Of a DNA stretch of 64,000 bases, positions 1 through 9,016 are shown piece after piece. Below the pieces are notes generated by a model, which was given only the letters and a program-made list of their open reading frames with translations, was not told the origin of the DNA and searched no databases. The stretch comes from an uncultured bacterium (GTDB lineage Bacteria > Desulfobacterota_D > UBA1144 > Nemesobacterales > UBA2774). Every line of letters begins with the position of its first letter. Positions within the stretch are counted from its first letter, which is position 1. The translations under genes and the position numbers were made by a program. The stretch covers positions 2,624,001 to 2,688,000 of the forward strand of contig CAWGRW010000009.1 of NCBI GenBank assembly GCA_963825135.1, written 5' to 3'.

Positions 1-1
1 G

Positions 2-439
2 ATGATGTTCGGCCATTTCGAGGAGGACGAGGACATCCTCGAGCACCTCGACAGGATAAGGGCGCTCCAGGACGAGACGGGGAATTTCCTCGCGTTCATC
101 CCGTGGACGTTTAAGCCCAGGAACACGTTCCTCGAAAGGAAGCTCCCTAACGAGACCGGCGGGGACAGGTATCTCAGGGTACTGGCGCTCTCCCGCATAT
201 ACCTCGACAACTTCGTCCACATACAGGGCTCGTGGTTCACGCAGGGGGCGAAGATAGGCTCTCTCTCCATGTACTACGGGGCGAGCGACCTTGGCGGCAC
301 GCTCTTTGACGAGAACGTGCTCTGCTGCGCGGAGAACAAGCTCCGGTCCACGGTGGACGAGCTCGTGCACATGATAAGGTCCTCCGGGTTCATACCGGCG
401 CAGAGGGACACCTACTACCGGATACTCAACCGGTTTTAA
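2..439 (+). CDS. mqnC: Cyclic dehypoxanthinyl futalosine synthase (MqnC/CofH radical SAM family), C-terminal part, 5' truncated by window edge
   Basis: MMFGH.E, LQDETG.F.AFIPWTF, RVLALSRIYLDN and QGSWFTQG..DLGGT..DENV motifs typical of MqnC. Confidence 0.8.
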   Translation: MMFGHFEEDEDILEHLDRIRALQDETGNFLAFIPWTFKPRNTFLERKLPNETGGDRYLRVLALSRIYLDNFVHIQGSWFTQGAKIGSLSMYYGASDLGGTLFDENVLCCAENKLRSTVDELVHMIRSSGFIPAQRDTYYRILNRF

Positions 440-468
440 CCTTCAGCCGGGAAGATTCCCATGTTTGC

Positions 469-855
469 CTACCTTGAGGCAAGAGGGTTCACCACGCCGA
501 TGCTCCACGCGTTTCCCGTGAATTCTATTACGCAGTCGAAGGAAGAAAAATAGCCGAGCATGAAATCGAAGAACTCGTAGGCCGAGCTCGTATAGACGGG
601 TCTGCCGATATACACGCCGACGTCGTCCGCGTCGAGCCCCCGGCACTCGCACGCAGAGAGCTCGAAATCGACCCCCTCGCCCCAAAACGGGGTTACGGGC
701 GTATCTATCGAGGCGAGAGCGATATCGCCGTCCGGGCCCCCGCCCGACACCGAGAACGAGAGCGGGCCTGAACGACCCTCCGCCAGACGCGCGGCGAGGA
801 ATTCGTCTATCCCCGATACATGAATTATCACAGGGTCTTTAGAAGTACCGCTCAC
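469..855 (-). CDS. Hypothetical protein (128 aa)
   Basis: Only plausible ORF between mqnC and a terminator; no family recognised. Confidence 0.5.
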   Translation of the reverse strand: MSGTSKDPVIIHVSGIDEFLAARLAEGRSGPLSFSVSGGGPDGDIALASIDTPVTPFWGEGVDFELSACECRGLDADDVGVYIGRPVYTSSAYEFFDFMLGYFSSFDCVIEFTGNAWSIGVVNPLASR

Positions 856-876
856 AGGGTGGATATGATAACAGAA

Positions 877-902
877 GGGGCGCCTGTTTTCACGGACGCC
901 CC
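877..902 (-). terminator. Probable intrinsic terminator of the DUF6600 gene
   Basis: Minus strand GGGGCGTCCG-loop-CAGGCGCCCC followed by TTCTGTT. Confidence 0.55.
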
Positions 903-939
903 GTTATTTGATCTCTCGATTCCGGGCCGCTTTCAGCGC

Positions 940-2637
940 TTACCTTCTTCCGGAATTCCTTACGAGAGAGTTGTTGTTGAAGGACCTCGTGCTCCCCGGA
1001 CTGTAGCTCCTCATGCCGGTATTGCCCGTATTGACCGACGGGCTCCTGAACTGCTGCGGGCTCGTGTTCATTTGCGGGCTGTTGTCGGTATAGCTCGGCC
1101 CTCGGTCGTTCGAGACGTTACCCGGTTTTTGCCTCGTCTGAGTATACCGGGGCGCCTGGTTCTGAGCGTTGTACCTGTTCGGGTTATAGCTGTTCCCGGG
1201 CTGCACTGGCGCCCTGTTGAGCGGCTGCCTGCTTCCGGGATTCTTGTACCTGTTCGTAACCGTGTTAGGGACTCTGTTGTTGTAAGGGTTTCCGTACGCG
1301 GGCCCGGGCTCCGCGACAGGGTTTTGGTTCTGTTTGACCCTGTTATTGACGAGGGTATTGCTCCTTGTCCGGCCCTGATAGTCATTGCCGTTAGGCGAGC
1401 TATACGGATTGCTCTTCCCGACAGGTACGGTCGCCGGCATCCTGCCGCTATTTACAGGCCGGTCGGCGGGTCCGTACGCATTCCCGTTAATCTCTCCGCG
1501 TTTTGAAGTGTCGAGTGTGTTCGCGCCGCTGTTGAGTGTCCCGGTATTCCTCTTTTGTATACCGTAGTTGTTGGGCGCGGTGTTCCCGTAGGGCGTGCCC
1601 GTGTCGGTCTTCACGGACCTCTGCTGTACGAGCCCGTTCCCCATGTCCCGGTTCTGCGAGGCGCGGCTGTTGTTGATTCCCGTCCCTTTAACGTCCCGGG
1701 CGTTCTGAATGCCCCGGTTTATGGTTCCGGGCCTGTTGACAGGCGATTCGTCCGCTTGTTTCGTGATAGAGGGCCGAAAGACGTTGAAATTGTTCCTGTC
1801 GAGACCGTTCCCGTTCTTCCCGGCCCTTAAAGCCGACAGGTCCGAGTCGACCAGATGTACGGGGGTTATTTTCCCGTTCCCCGCCCGCTCTATTGCCGAT
1901 TTATCAGGGCCGTAGTTGTATATCCTGTTGTTCTCGACCTTGATGTTCGTTACGTTCTTCACGTTCCGCATTACGGTCAGGTTATGCTCTCTGTCAAGCG
2001 CGACGAGCCTCGCGTTCTTGTTCGTGAATTTGTCCTGCGGGACGAAGACGCAGTGGTTCCCGGGGGCGTAGTAATCGTTGTCGTAATACTGTCCGTGATG
2101 ATGGTGGTGGTGCCCGTAGTTCCCGCCGTAATAGTTATTGTTGTATCCGCCGTAATAACCGCTGTTGTAATTGAAGAAGTTTATGCCGATCTCTATGAAG
2201 AAGTTATTGTCGGGCGGAAGCGGAGACCAGCCGACGTAACCAGGCGACTGGTACCAGGAAACGTACGCAGGGGCCCAGGTCGTCCCGGGAATCCACGTCC
2301 AGCCGTAGTAGCTGTCGTATATCCACCTTCCGTAGTGATAGGTCGCCCAGCCCCAGGGCTCCGCGGAAGCCCACGTCCACCCCTGATCCGACCAGACCCA
2401 CTGTCCGTCCATGTAGGGCTGCCAGTCCGGGCCCGCCTGAGTCGGAGACCATCCGTACCCGTACCCGTTGATCGGAACCCAGCTGCCGTAAGGCGAGAGG
2501 GAATCGTAAAAAAGGCCGAAGCTGAAGGACGTCCCGGCGTGAGCCTTTTCCTCGAAATTCACCATGTCCCCGCCCGCGAATAACGCCAATACAAAAACCA
2601 AAACCGCTAGTTTGTGTCTCATTGTTTTTCTACTCAC
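940..2637 (-). CDS. Secreted DUF6600-like protein with a long N/G/P/R-rich disordered tail
   Basis: Signal peptide; FYDSLSPYGSW, WQPY..GQWVW, EPWGWATYHYGRW, W.PG..WAPAYVSW and GYVGWSPLPP motifs; start may be ATG 2622. Confidence 0.8.
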   Translation of the reverse strand: MSRKTMRHKLAVLVFVLALFAGGDMVNFEEKAHAGTSFSFGLFYDSLSPYGSWVPINGYGYGWSPTQAGPDWQPYMDGQWVWSDQGWTWASAEPWGWATYHYGRWIYDSYYGWTWIPGTTWAPAYVSWYQSPGYVGWSPLPPDNNFFIEIGINFFNYNSGYYGGYNNNYYGGNYGHHHHHHGQYYDNDYYAPGNHCVFVPQDKFTNKNARLVALDREHNLTVMRNVKNVTNIKVENNRIYNYGPDKSAIERAGNGKITPVHLVDSDLSALRAGKNGNGLDRNNFNVFRPSITKQADESPVNRPGTINRGIQNARDVKGTGINNSRASQNRDMGNGLVQQRSVKTDTGTPYGNTAPNNYGIQKRNTGTLNSGANTLDTSKRGEINGNAYGPADRPVNSGRMPATVPVGKSNPYSSPNGNDYQGRTRSNTLVNNRVKQNQNPVAEPGPAYGNPYNNRVPNTVTNRYKNPGSRQPLNRAPVQPGNSYNPNRYNAQNQAPRYTQTRQKPGNVSNDRGPSYTDNSPQMNTSPQQFRSPSVNTGNTGMRSYSPGSTRSFNNNSLVRNSGRR

Positions 2638-2802
2638 TCCCTGCTAATAAAGTTAACATATCAAACCATGCCCACATACCGAATGTTGCACGTTTAATAA
2701 AAATGTATGCTATTGCACAAGGGTGTGTGAAACTGCACAGTCCGGGGTATGACGGCGTATGTTCCGGGGAGGGTTACGGGGTCGGGAGATGAATAATTCG
2801 AT

Positions 2803-4305
2803 TCAGTTCTTGTGGCCGGTTACGCGCTTCTTTTTTTCGAGGAGCTCCCCGTATATCCTGAGGTACTCCTTGCCGGAGCTTCGCCAGGAATAGTCCTCCT
2901 TCATCCCCCTCGAGATGAGCTCCCGCCATTTGTCCTTTTCCTCGTATACGGATATGGCCCTCAGCAGCGCGTCGAGCATGCTGAGCTTGGAGAATTCGTA
3001 AAATACGAACCCGTTCCCCCTCTCCGCGTCCTCGGTATAGTCCCTTACCGTGTCGAGGAGACCGCCCGTCCCCCTGACGACGGGTATGGCCCCGTACCTG
3101 AGCGCTATAATCTGTCCAAGTCCGCAGGGCTCGAACCGGGAGGGCACGAGGAACATGTCGGAGCCCGCGAAGACCCGCCTCTCGAGCTCGTTGTTATTGA
3201 CCGCGATAGTGACGGAGAGGTTCCGCTTCCACCTCTTCCTCGCCTTCTCAAGCTGAAGCTCGTACTTCTCGACGCCCGCTCCCACGACGGCCACCTGATA
3301 TCCGAGGTCGAGTATCTGGGGTATGGATTCGAGGACGAGGTCTATCCCCTTTTGCTCCGTGAGCTTCGAGACCACGCCCAGAAGCGGCTTGTCCCCTTCC
3401 GGGTCGAGACCGAGCTCTCCCCTGATCGCGGCTTTGTTCGCTTTCTTGTTGTCGGTCGTCTCCGCGCCGTATCTCTCGCTTATGGAACTGTCGTTCTCCG
3501 GGTCCCACGCGTCGTAGTCTATTCCGTTCAGGATGCCGATGAGGTTGTCCCTGTTCCTGGATATCCACTTGAGCACGGCGTCGAGGCCGTACCCGTATTC
3601 GCTCTTCTTGAGCTCAGAAGCGTATGTCGGGCTTACTGTGGTCACGAGGTCCGAGTACATGACCGCGCCCTTAAGCAGATTGGCCTTGCCGTAAAATTCG
3701 AGCCCCTGGGAGGTGTAGAGGAATTCGGGCAGCCCGAACTTGTCGAGCACGTGCCTGTCGTATTGACCCTGGTAGGAGATGTTGTGTATCGTGAAAACGA
3801 CCCTGGAGTCCTTGAAAAACGGGTCGTCTTTTAAGTGCCTCCTCCACCTGAGGCATATCGGGAGGAGAGCCGTCTGCCAGTCGTGGCAGTGGATGATGTC
3901 GGGCTTGAAGTCAAGCGCCCTGGCTATCTCGAGAGCGCCCAGCGAAAGGAACCCGAACCTTATATCGTTGTCCTCGAAATCGCCCTTGGGGGTGGAGTAT
4001 ATGTACTTCCTCCCGTAGAGCTCGTCGTTCGTGAGGAAATTCACGTAGACGCCGTTTGACTCAATCTCCTTTATCCCGCCCCTGTAGGGAAGCCAGTCGA
4101 TGCAGGATACGAGGTCTCCCGATACGGTCCTGGGCTTGATCCCGAGCCTCGACAGATTGGCGCGGACCCGCCTGTAATAGGGTATGACCACCCTGACCTC
4201 GCAGCCGAGCGACGCGAGCCTCTTGGGCAGGGTGCCTATGACGTCCGCGAGGCCGCCCACCTTGGCGAATGGGTCCATCTCCGTAGCTACGAACAGTATT
4301 TTCAT
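2803..4305 (-). CDS. glgA: Glycogen synthase (GT5)
   Basis: KVGGLADV, IIHCHDWQ, TIHNISYQG, GILNGID and PSRFEPCGL motifs. Confidence 0.95.
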   Translation of the reverse strand: MKILFVATEMDPFAKVGGLADVIGTLPKRLASLGCEVRVVIPYYRRVRANLSRLGIKPRTVSGDLVSCIDWLPYRGGIKEIESNGVYVNFLTNDELYGRKYIYSTPKGDFEDNDIRFGFLSLGALEIARALDFKPDIIHCHDWQTALLPICLRWRRHLKDDPFFKDSRVVFTIHNISYQGQYDRHVLDKFGLPEFLYTSQGLEFYGKANLLKGAVMYSDLVTTVSPTYASELKKSEYGYGLDAVLKWISRNRDNLIGILNGIDYDAWDPENDSSISERYGAETTDNKKANKAAIRGELGLDPEGDKPLLGVVSKLTEQKGIDLVLESIPQILDLGYQVAVVGAGVEKYELQLEKARKRWKRNLSVTIAVNNNELERRVFAGSDMFLVPSRFEPCGLGQIIALRYGAIPVVRGTGGLLDTVRDYTEDAERGNGFVFYEFSKLSMLDALLRAISVYEEKDKWRELISRGMKEDYSWRSSGKEYLRIYGELLEKKKRVTGHKN

Positions 4306-4374
4306 GTGTCGACAAAAGCGAAGACAATAACAGTTTAAAGAACCGCGGCGGTGTATATCAAGGGCCGGGGAGAT

Positions 4375-5004
4375 TCACCCCTTGTCGAGCTCTCTCACCT
4401 TCTCCGAGAGCTTCGAGGCGTTCTCCGCTATAACGTCCGGGTCGATCTTCCTGTCCTTGCCGAGAAGCGCGCTCGAGACCCCTACGGCCGAAGCCCCGGA
4501 CTTGATATACTCCGTGATGTTGTCGAGCCCTACCCCGCCCGTAGTCATTATATCGACGAACGGCAGCGGCTCCTTTATCGCCCTTACGTAAGACGGCCCC
4601 CCGACGGCGCTTGCCGGGAAAATCTTGACCATATCGGCGCCCAGTTTCCAGGCGCTCACTATCTCGGAGGACGTAAACGCCCCCTGTATGGACGCCATGC
4701 CGTTTTCTTTCGCGAAATTGATTAAATCCTTGTCCGTGTGCGGGGATACGAGGAAGGCGGCCCCCGCCTTGCGGGCCTTCTCCGCCATGCCGGTATCGAG
4801 CACGGTGCCCGCGCCCACGAGCACCCCGAGCCTGCCGCTGAGAGCGGATATCGCCTCGTCCGCGCCGGGGAAGGAGAACGTGATCTCAATCAGCCTGAGC
4901 CCGCCTTTTATGCACCCCTCCGCGAAGTCGAGCGCCGACTCCGCCGACTCCGCCCGTATCACGGCGAAGATCTTGTGCTTCTTTATGGCTTCGAGGCTCT
5001 TCAC
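4375..5004 (-). CDS. eda: KHG/KDPG aldolase
   Basis: AVIRA, IEIT, VGAGTV, FLVSP, VKIFPA and TTGGV motifs. Confidence 0.9.
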   Translation of the reverse strand: MKSLEAIKKHKIFAVIRAESAESALDFAEGCIKGGLRLIEITFSFPGADEAISALSGRLGVLVGAGTVLDTGMAEKARKAGAAFLVSPHTDKDLINFAKENGMASIQGAFTSSEIVSAWKLGADMVKIFPASAVGGPSYVRAIKEPLPFVDIMTTGGVGLDNITEYIKSGASAVGVSSALLGKDRKIDPDVIAENASKLSEKVRELDKG

Positions 5005-5154
5005 ACCTACAAGTTAACAGGCTCGGGCGAACAGATGCAAGTTTTCCCGGCGCGTTATATCGATGCCCCGAAATTTATCCTTTAATGGCTATGCCTTATT
5101 GATTTCGTGCACAGGATGTTTTATCATGTATAATTAATGCCCATGGAGCATAGC

Positions 5155-5605
5155 ATGAGTTTCATTACAGAAGAGATGATTAGGGAGCGCGTGAGCGAGT
5201 TTATCGACCGGAGCAAGGGTCTCGGTATAAAGGTAACCCCGCAGAGGGTGGCCATATACAGGGAGCTGGCGTCGACCGACCAGCACCCGAGCACGGAGAC
5301 GATTTACAAGAAGATAAAGGACTACTACCCCAACATCTCCCTCACGACCGTTTACAGGACCCTCGAGACCTTCGAGAAGTTGGGCCTCATATCGGTAGTG
5401 AACGTGCTCTACAACGCCGCCCGCTACGACGCGAACCTCGCGCCTCACAACCACATCGTCTGCATCGAGTGCAAGAAGGTCGAGGACATATACGACGAGT
5501 CGTCTGTCGACGCTCGACGTATCCGACAAGACCCTCGGCGACTACCACATCAAGGGCTATTCGATTTTGTTAAACGGCATCTGCAAAGACTGCCGGGATA
5601 ACTGA
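5155..5605 (+). CDS. Fur/PerR family regulator, apparent 1-nt insertion near 5503
   Basis: KVTPQR, HPST, SLTTVYRTL, RYDAN..HNHIVCIEC; second frame continues LSTLDVSDKTLGDYHIKGYSILLNGICKDCRDN* with the second CxxC; GGAG before ATG 5155. Confidence 0.85.
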
Positions 5606-5843
5606 CCGTATTTCCCCTGAGCTACCGCAGCATCTTCATTGGCGTCACCCTCCTATGGATGGCTACGCGCGTTATTTTGCAATCCCCCTGCGCCCCGCCG
5701 CCAAAGGGGGGTATATAGGGTTGGCGGCGGCGGACTATACAGACTCTAATTTCTTTCCCCTTCCTTTTGTAATCACTGTTAGATATTATTTAGACGTATT
5801 TCAATATCTCTTTAGTGTCTCTGTAGGGGTGACGGAGATACTA

Positions 5844-6275
5844 TTGAAAGTGGTTATTTGCGGATCGCCGCAGTGGACATACCACGATGCCGTGAAAAAT
5901 GAAATAGAGCGCCTGCGCGGGGAATCGAGGCTGACGGGCAGGAAGCTCCTTATCATTCACGGCGGCGAGAGCGGTCCGGAAACCTTTGCGCACGAGTATT
6001 GCCGCAAGATCGGCGTCGATACCATCGTCCAGGAAGCCGTAAGGCTCCGGGGGCAAGACTCCTATTTCCGCAGAAACGAGCTGATCCTTGTCTATCATAA
6101 ACCCGACCTGGTCGTGGGTTTCGCTCATTCATTTAAGGAAAGCAGGGTTGTTTCCGATATGTTATCGAGGGCCCGGGAAAAGGGTATCGAGATCAGACCG
6201 TTGGATTATAAGGCTGTTACGACGCGCAGCACCGACGACATTCCAATGGGATCCTACAAGTGCGGTCTGTTATAA
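5844..6275 (+). CDS. SLOG/DUF2493-like nucleotide-binding protein
   Basis: KVVICGS, IIHGGESG.ET, RRNELIL..KPDLVVGF pattern; GGAG precedes TTG 5844. Confidence 0.65.
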   Translation: MKVVICGSPQWTYHDAVKNEIERLRGESRLTGRKLLIIHGGESGPETFAHEYCRKIGVDTIVQEAVRLRGQDSYFRRNELILVYHKPDLVVGFAHSFKESRVVSDMLSRAREKGIEIRPLDYKAVTTRSTDDIPMGSYKCGLL

Positions 6276-6387
6276 GGGGAATGGAAGCCCGCCCGGGCCG
6301 GAGAGGATTTAAGGCTTCCGGACATACCGGAGAGCGGAATCAGCCGTACCGGATGAATCCATTTCACAAAATTCCCTCTCATAACTA

Positions 6388-7224
6388 ATGTATAGGGTAA
6401 TCTTATTAATGTTGAACGACGTTAAAGAGCCTACTGTTTATGTTGAAAACCTGAGCAAGACTTTCGGCGACTTCACAGCCGTCGACTCCGTGTCCTTCAC
6501 GGTTGCCGCAGGGGAGATCTTCGCGCTGATAGGCCCGAACGGCGCCGGCAAGAGCACGATAATCAAGATGCTGACGACGCTCCTGCCCCCGGCCTCGGGT
6601 ACTGCCAGGGTCGCGGGCTACGACATCGTTACGCAGGCGACTGACGTGCGGCGGAGCATCGGCTATATACCGCAGCTCCTGTCGTCAGACGGCGCGCTCA
6701 CGGGGCGGGAGAACCTCCTTCTTTCGGCCAGGCTTTACACTATTCCGCGCGCGGAGCAGTCAGGGCGCATAAAAGAGGCGCTCGAGTTCATGGAGCTTGA
6801 CGAAGAGGCCGACGACCTGGTGCAGAGCTACTCGGGAGGCATGATACGCAGGCTCGAGATCGCGCAGAGCATGCTGCATCAGCCTTCTGTAATCTTTATG
6901 GACGAGCCGACCGTCGGGCTCGACCCCGTCGCCCGGAAGGCCGTGTGGGAGCACGTGCAGGCGCTCAGGGAAAAGCATCGGATAACGATTATCCTGACTA
7001 CGCATTACATGGAGGAGGTCGAAGAGCTCGCCGACCGCATGGTCCTCCTCAACAAAGGGCGTATAATCGCCACGGGCACGCCGTCCGAGCTTAAGGCCGC
7101 CATTGGAGCGGACGCCACGCTCGACGACGTATTTTCCGGGCTCATAGACATAACGGAAGATCAGCAGCAGGGAGGTTATCGTGAAGTACGCAGAAACCGC
7201 AGGTCTATTGCATCCCGCAGCTAA
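6388..7224 (+). CDS. DrrA-type ABC exporter ATP-binding subunit
   Basis: Walker A GPNGAGKST, YSGGM, DEPTVGLDP, TTHYMEE. Confidence 0.92.
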   Translation: MYRVILLMLNDVKEPTVYVENLSKTFGDFTAVDSVSFTVAAGEIFALIGPNGAGKSTIIKMLTTLLPPASGTARVAGYDIVTQATDVRRSIGYIPQLLSSDGALTGRENLLLSARLYTIPRAEQSGRIKEALEFMELDEEADDLVQSYSGGMIRRLEIAQSMLHQPSVIFMDEPTVGLDPVARKAVWEHVQALREKHRITIILTTHYMEEVEELADRMVLLNKGRIIATGTPSELKAAIGADATLDDVFSGLIDITEDQQQGGYREVRRNRRSIASRS

Positions 7225-8008
7225 AATCCCCGGGATGGCCGCCGATTACTGCATGCAGGTCCTGGGCGTCCTGAGCGCGGAGCTTCAGAAGGTCAGGCAC
7301 GACCCGGTGGAGCTCGTGACGCGCGCCGTGCAGCCGCTCCTCTGGCTCGTGCTCTTCGGCGAGGTTATGGCCAAGGTGCGCGGAATCTCTCCCGGGAGCC
7401 TCAGCTATATCGATTATCTCTCGGCCGGGGTATTGGCGCAAAGCGTGCTCTTCGTCGCAATATTTTTCGGTATCTCCGCCATCTGGGACCGCGATCTCGG
7501 CATTCTTCACCGGATGCTCGTGAGCCCTGCCCCTCGTACGTCTATTGTCATGGGCAAGGCCCTCGCCGCGAGCTTCAGGGGACTTATACAGGGCGTGATC
7601 GTTTACTCGGTTGCGGGACTGCTCGGGGCGGACCTGAGCTTCTCGCCGCTCCATATATTCGGCGTAGTCGTACTGATAGCGCTCGGCTGCGCGCTTTTTT
7701 CGACCCTGTCGCTGATCATAGCGTGCCTCGTAAAGACGCGTGAGCGGTTCATGGGGATAGGCCAGCTTATCACGATGCCCGTCTTCTTCGCCAGTAACGC
7801 CATCTATCCGATCGCGCTCATGCCCGGGTGGCTCCGCACCGTTTCATCGTTCAATCCGCTTACTTATCAGGTCGATGCGCTCAGGTCGCTGATGATTGTG
7901 GGCGTAAAGCCCGAATTCGGGCTTGCGTTCGACTTCGGCATTCTGGCCGTAATCACCGCGGCCCTGGTTTTACTCGCAGCCCGCATGTATCCCCGCATGG
8001 TGGTGTGA
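7181..8008 (+). CDS. DrrB-type ABC-2 permease
   Basis: About 6 TM helices; QPLLWL.LFG, DRDLG, NPLTY.VDALR; follows the ATPase gene. Confidence 0.9.
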   Translation: MKYAETAGLLHPAAKIPGMAADYCMQVLGVLSAELQKVRHDPVELVTRAVQPLLWLVLFGEVMAKVRGISPGSLSYIDYLSAGVLAQSVLFVAIFFGISAIWDRDLGILHRMLVSPAPRTSIVMGKALAASFRGLIQGVIVYSVAGLLGADLSFSPLHIFGVVVLIALGCALFSTLSLIIACLVKTRERFMGIGQLITMPVFFASNAIYPIALMPGWLRTVSSFNPLTYQVDALRSLMIVGVKPEFGLAFDFGILAVITAALVLLAARMYPRMVV

Positions 8009-8162
8009 AAAAGTATCAGTTACTGCTCGATACCCTTGAACGGCGTCTGCAAAGAATGCCGGGATAGCTGAGCACTGTTTCTATGATCCACCCCTGTTAA
8101 TTAGTACCATGCCGATATCGATTTATGGAAGGATGCATGTTTCGAAAAATTAGAAGAGACTA

Positions 8163-8190
8163 ATGACCGATAATATAACTTATGTTGACT
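8163..8190 (+). other. dif-like XerC/XerD recombination site
   Basis: ATGACCGATAA-TATAAC-TTATGTTGACT: 11-6-11 layout, ATAA/TTAT inner palindrome, XerD-like arm, in AT-rich intergenic DNA. Confidence 0.6.
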
Positions 8191-8325
8191 CAATATCCCG
8201 GGGCAATAATAGGCGGTATGGTAAACTGATACTTAGGTAAAATTATAAAATAAATAATATGGAAGCTTTCCGTATAATAAGTAGTTATAAGTCAGGTAAT
8301 AAGACATAGTAGTACTGAGGGCCGG

Positions 8326-8865
8326 ATGACTCTAAGCGACTTCTCTCGATGGTTGTACCGTGGCAGGCGACCCAACTGGGTTGCGAGGATTCTGAATCGA
8401 GCGTCGGCTGCTGTGGCCTCCTCGGGCGTCACCTCCAACTACATGGAGACATTGGAAGTGACCGGACGAAAGTCGGGGAAGACCTTCTCGTTGCCGGTGG
8501 TCATAGCCGTCGTCGATGGGCAGCGGTACCTGGTGTCGATGCTCGGAGATAACGTGCAATGGGTCCGGAACGTGCGGGCAGCCGGGGGAAAAGCGGTTCT
8601 CCGGAGCGGCGGTCGCGAGGACATACAACTCGAAGAGATTCCCGCCGACCGGCGCGCGCCCATCTTGAGGGCTTACCTGCAGCGGGCGCCGGGAGCGCGA
8701 CCCCACGTGCCTGTGAACAAGGATGCAGCGCTTGCGGAATTCGAAAAGATCGCGGCGGCATTTCCTGTGTTCCGTATTGCTTCCAACAAGGTGGCGGTGC
8801 CGACAGAGGATAGGGATATAAACTCACGCGAAGCTATACGGGCGGGGTTGGGGCTGCTCGAATAG
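8326..8865 (+). CDS. Deazaflavin (F420)-dependent nitroreductase/quinone reductase family protein
   Basis: LEVTGRKSGK, WVRNVRAAGG and FPVFRI motifs; the C-terminal ~25 aa look non-native. Confidence 0.8.
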   Translation: MTLSDFSRWLYRGRRPNWVARILNRASAAVASSGVTSNYMETLEVTGRKSGKTFSLPVVIAVVDGQRYLVSMLGDNVQWVRNVRAAGGKAVLRSGGREDIQLEEIPADRRAPILRAYLQRAPGARPHVPVNKDAALAEFEKIAAAFPVFRIASNKVAVPTEDRDINSREAIRAGLGLLE

Positions 8866-8925
8866 AGGGAAGTCAAACTGAACGCCTTACGCCAGGCCTT
8901 GAAAGAAGGGGAGAAAAGCGGCTTC
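8821..8925 (+). pseudogene. Remnant of a ParD-type (CC2985-like) antitoxin
   Basis: In-frame read NSREAIRAGLGLLE*REVKLNALRQALKEGEKSGF matches the S.SE.IRAGLRLLEE.E.KL.ALR.AL.EG..SG pattern, with an internal TAG. Confidence 0.65.
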
Positions 8926-9016
8926 CAGCCGCGACCCTGCTCCTTACTCACCCCCCTATTCCCAACCGCCCCATAATCATGTAATCCTATTCTCAAATGC
9001 CGAACAGGAGACAGTT

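Noticed and set aside
5500..5605. Programmed frameshifting in perR (or the other split genes)
   Set aside because: No slippery heptamer; the nearby pseudoknot is about 180 nt downstream, too far; error is more parsimonious
5660..5681. TGGC...TTGCA as a sigma-54 promoter
   Set aside because: GG to GC spacing is not 10 nt
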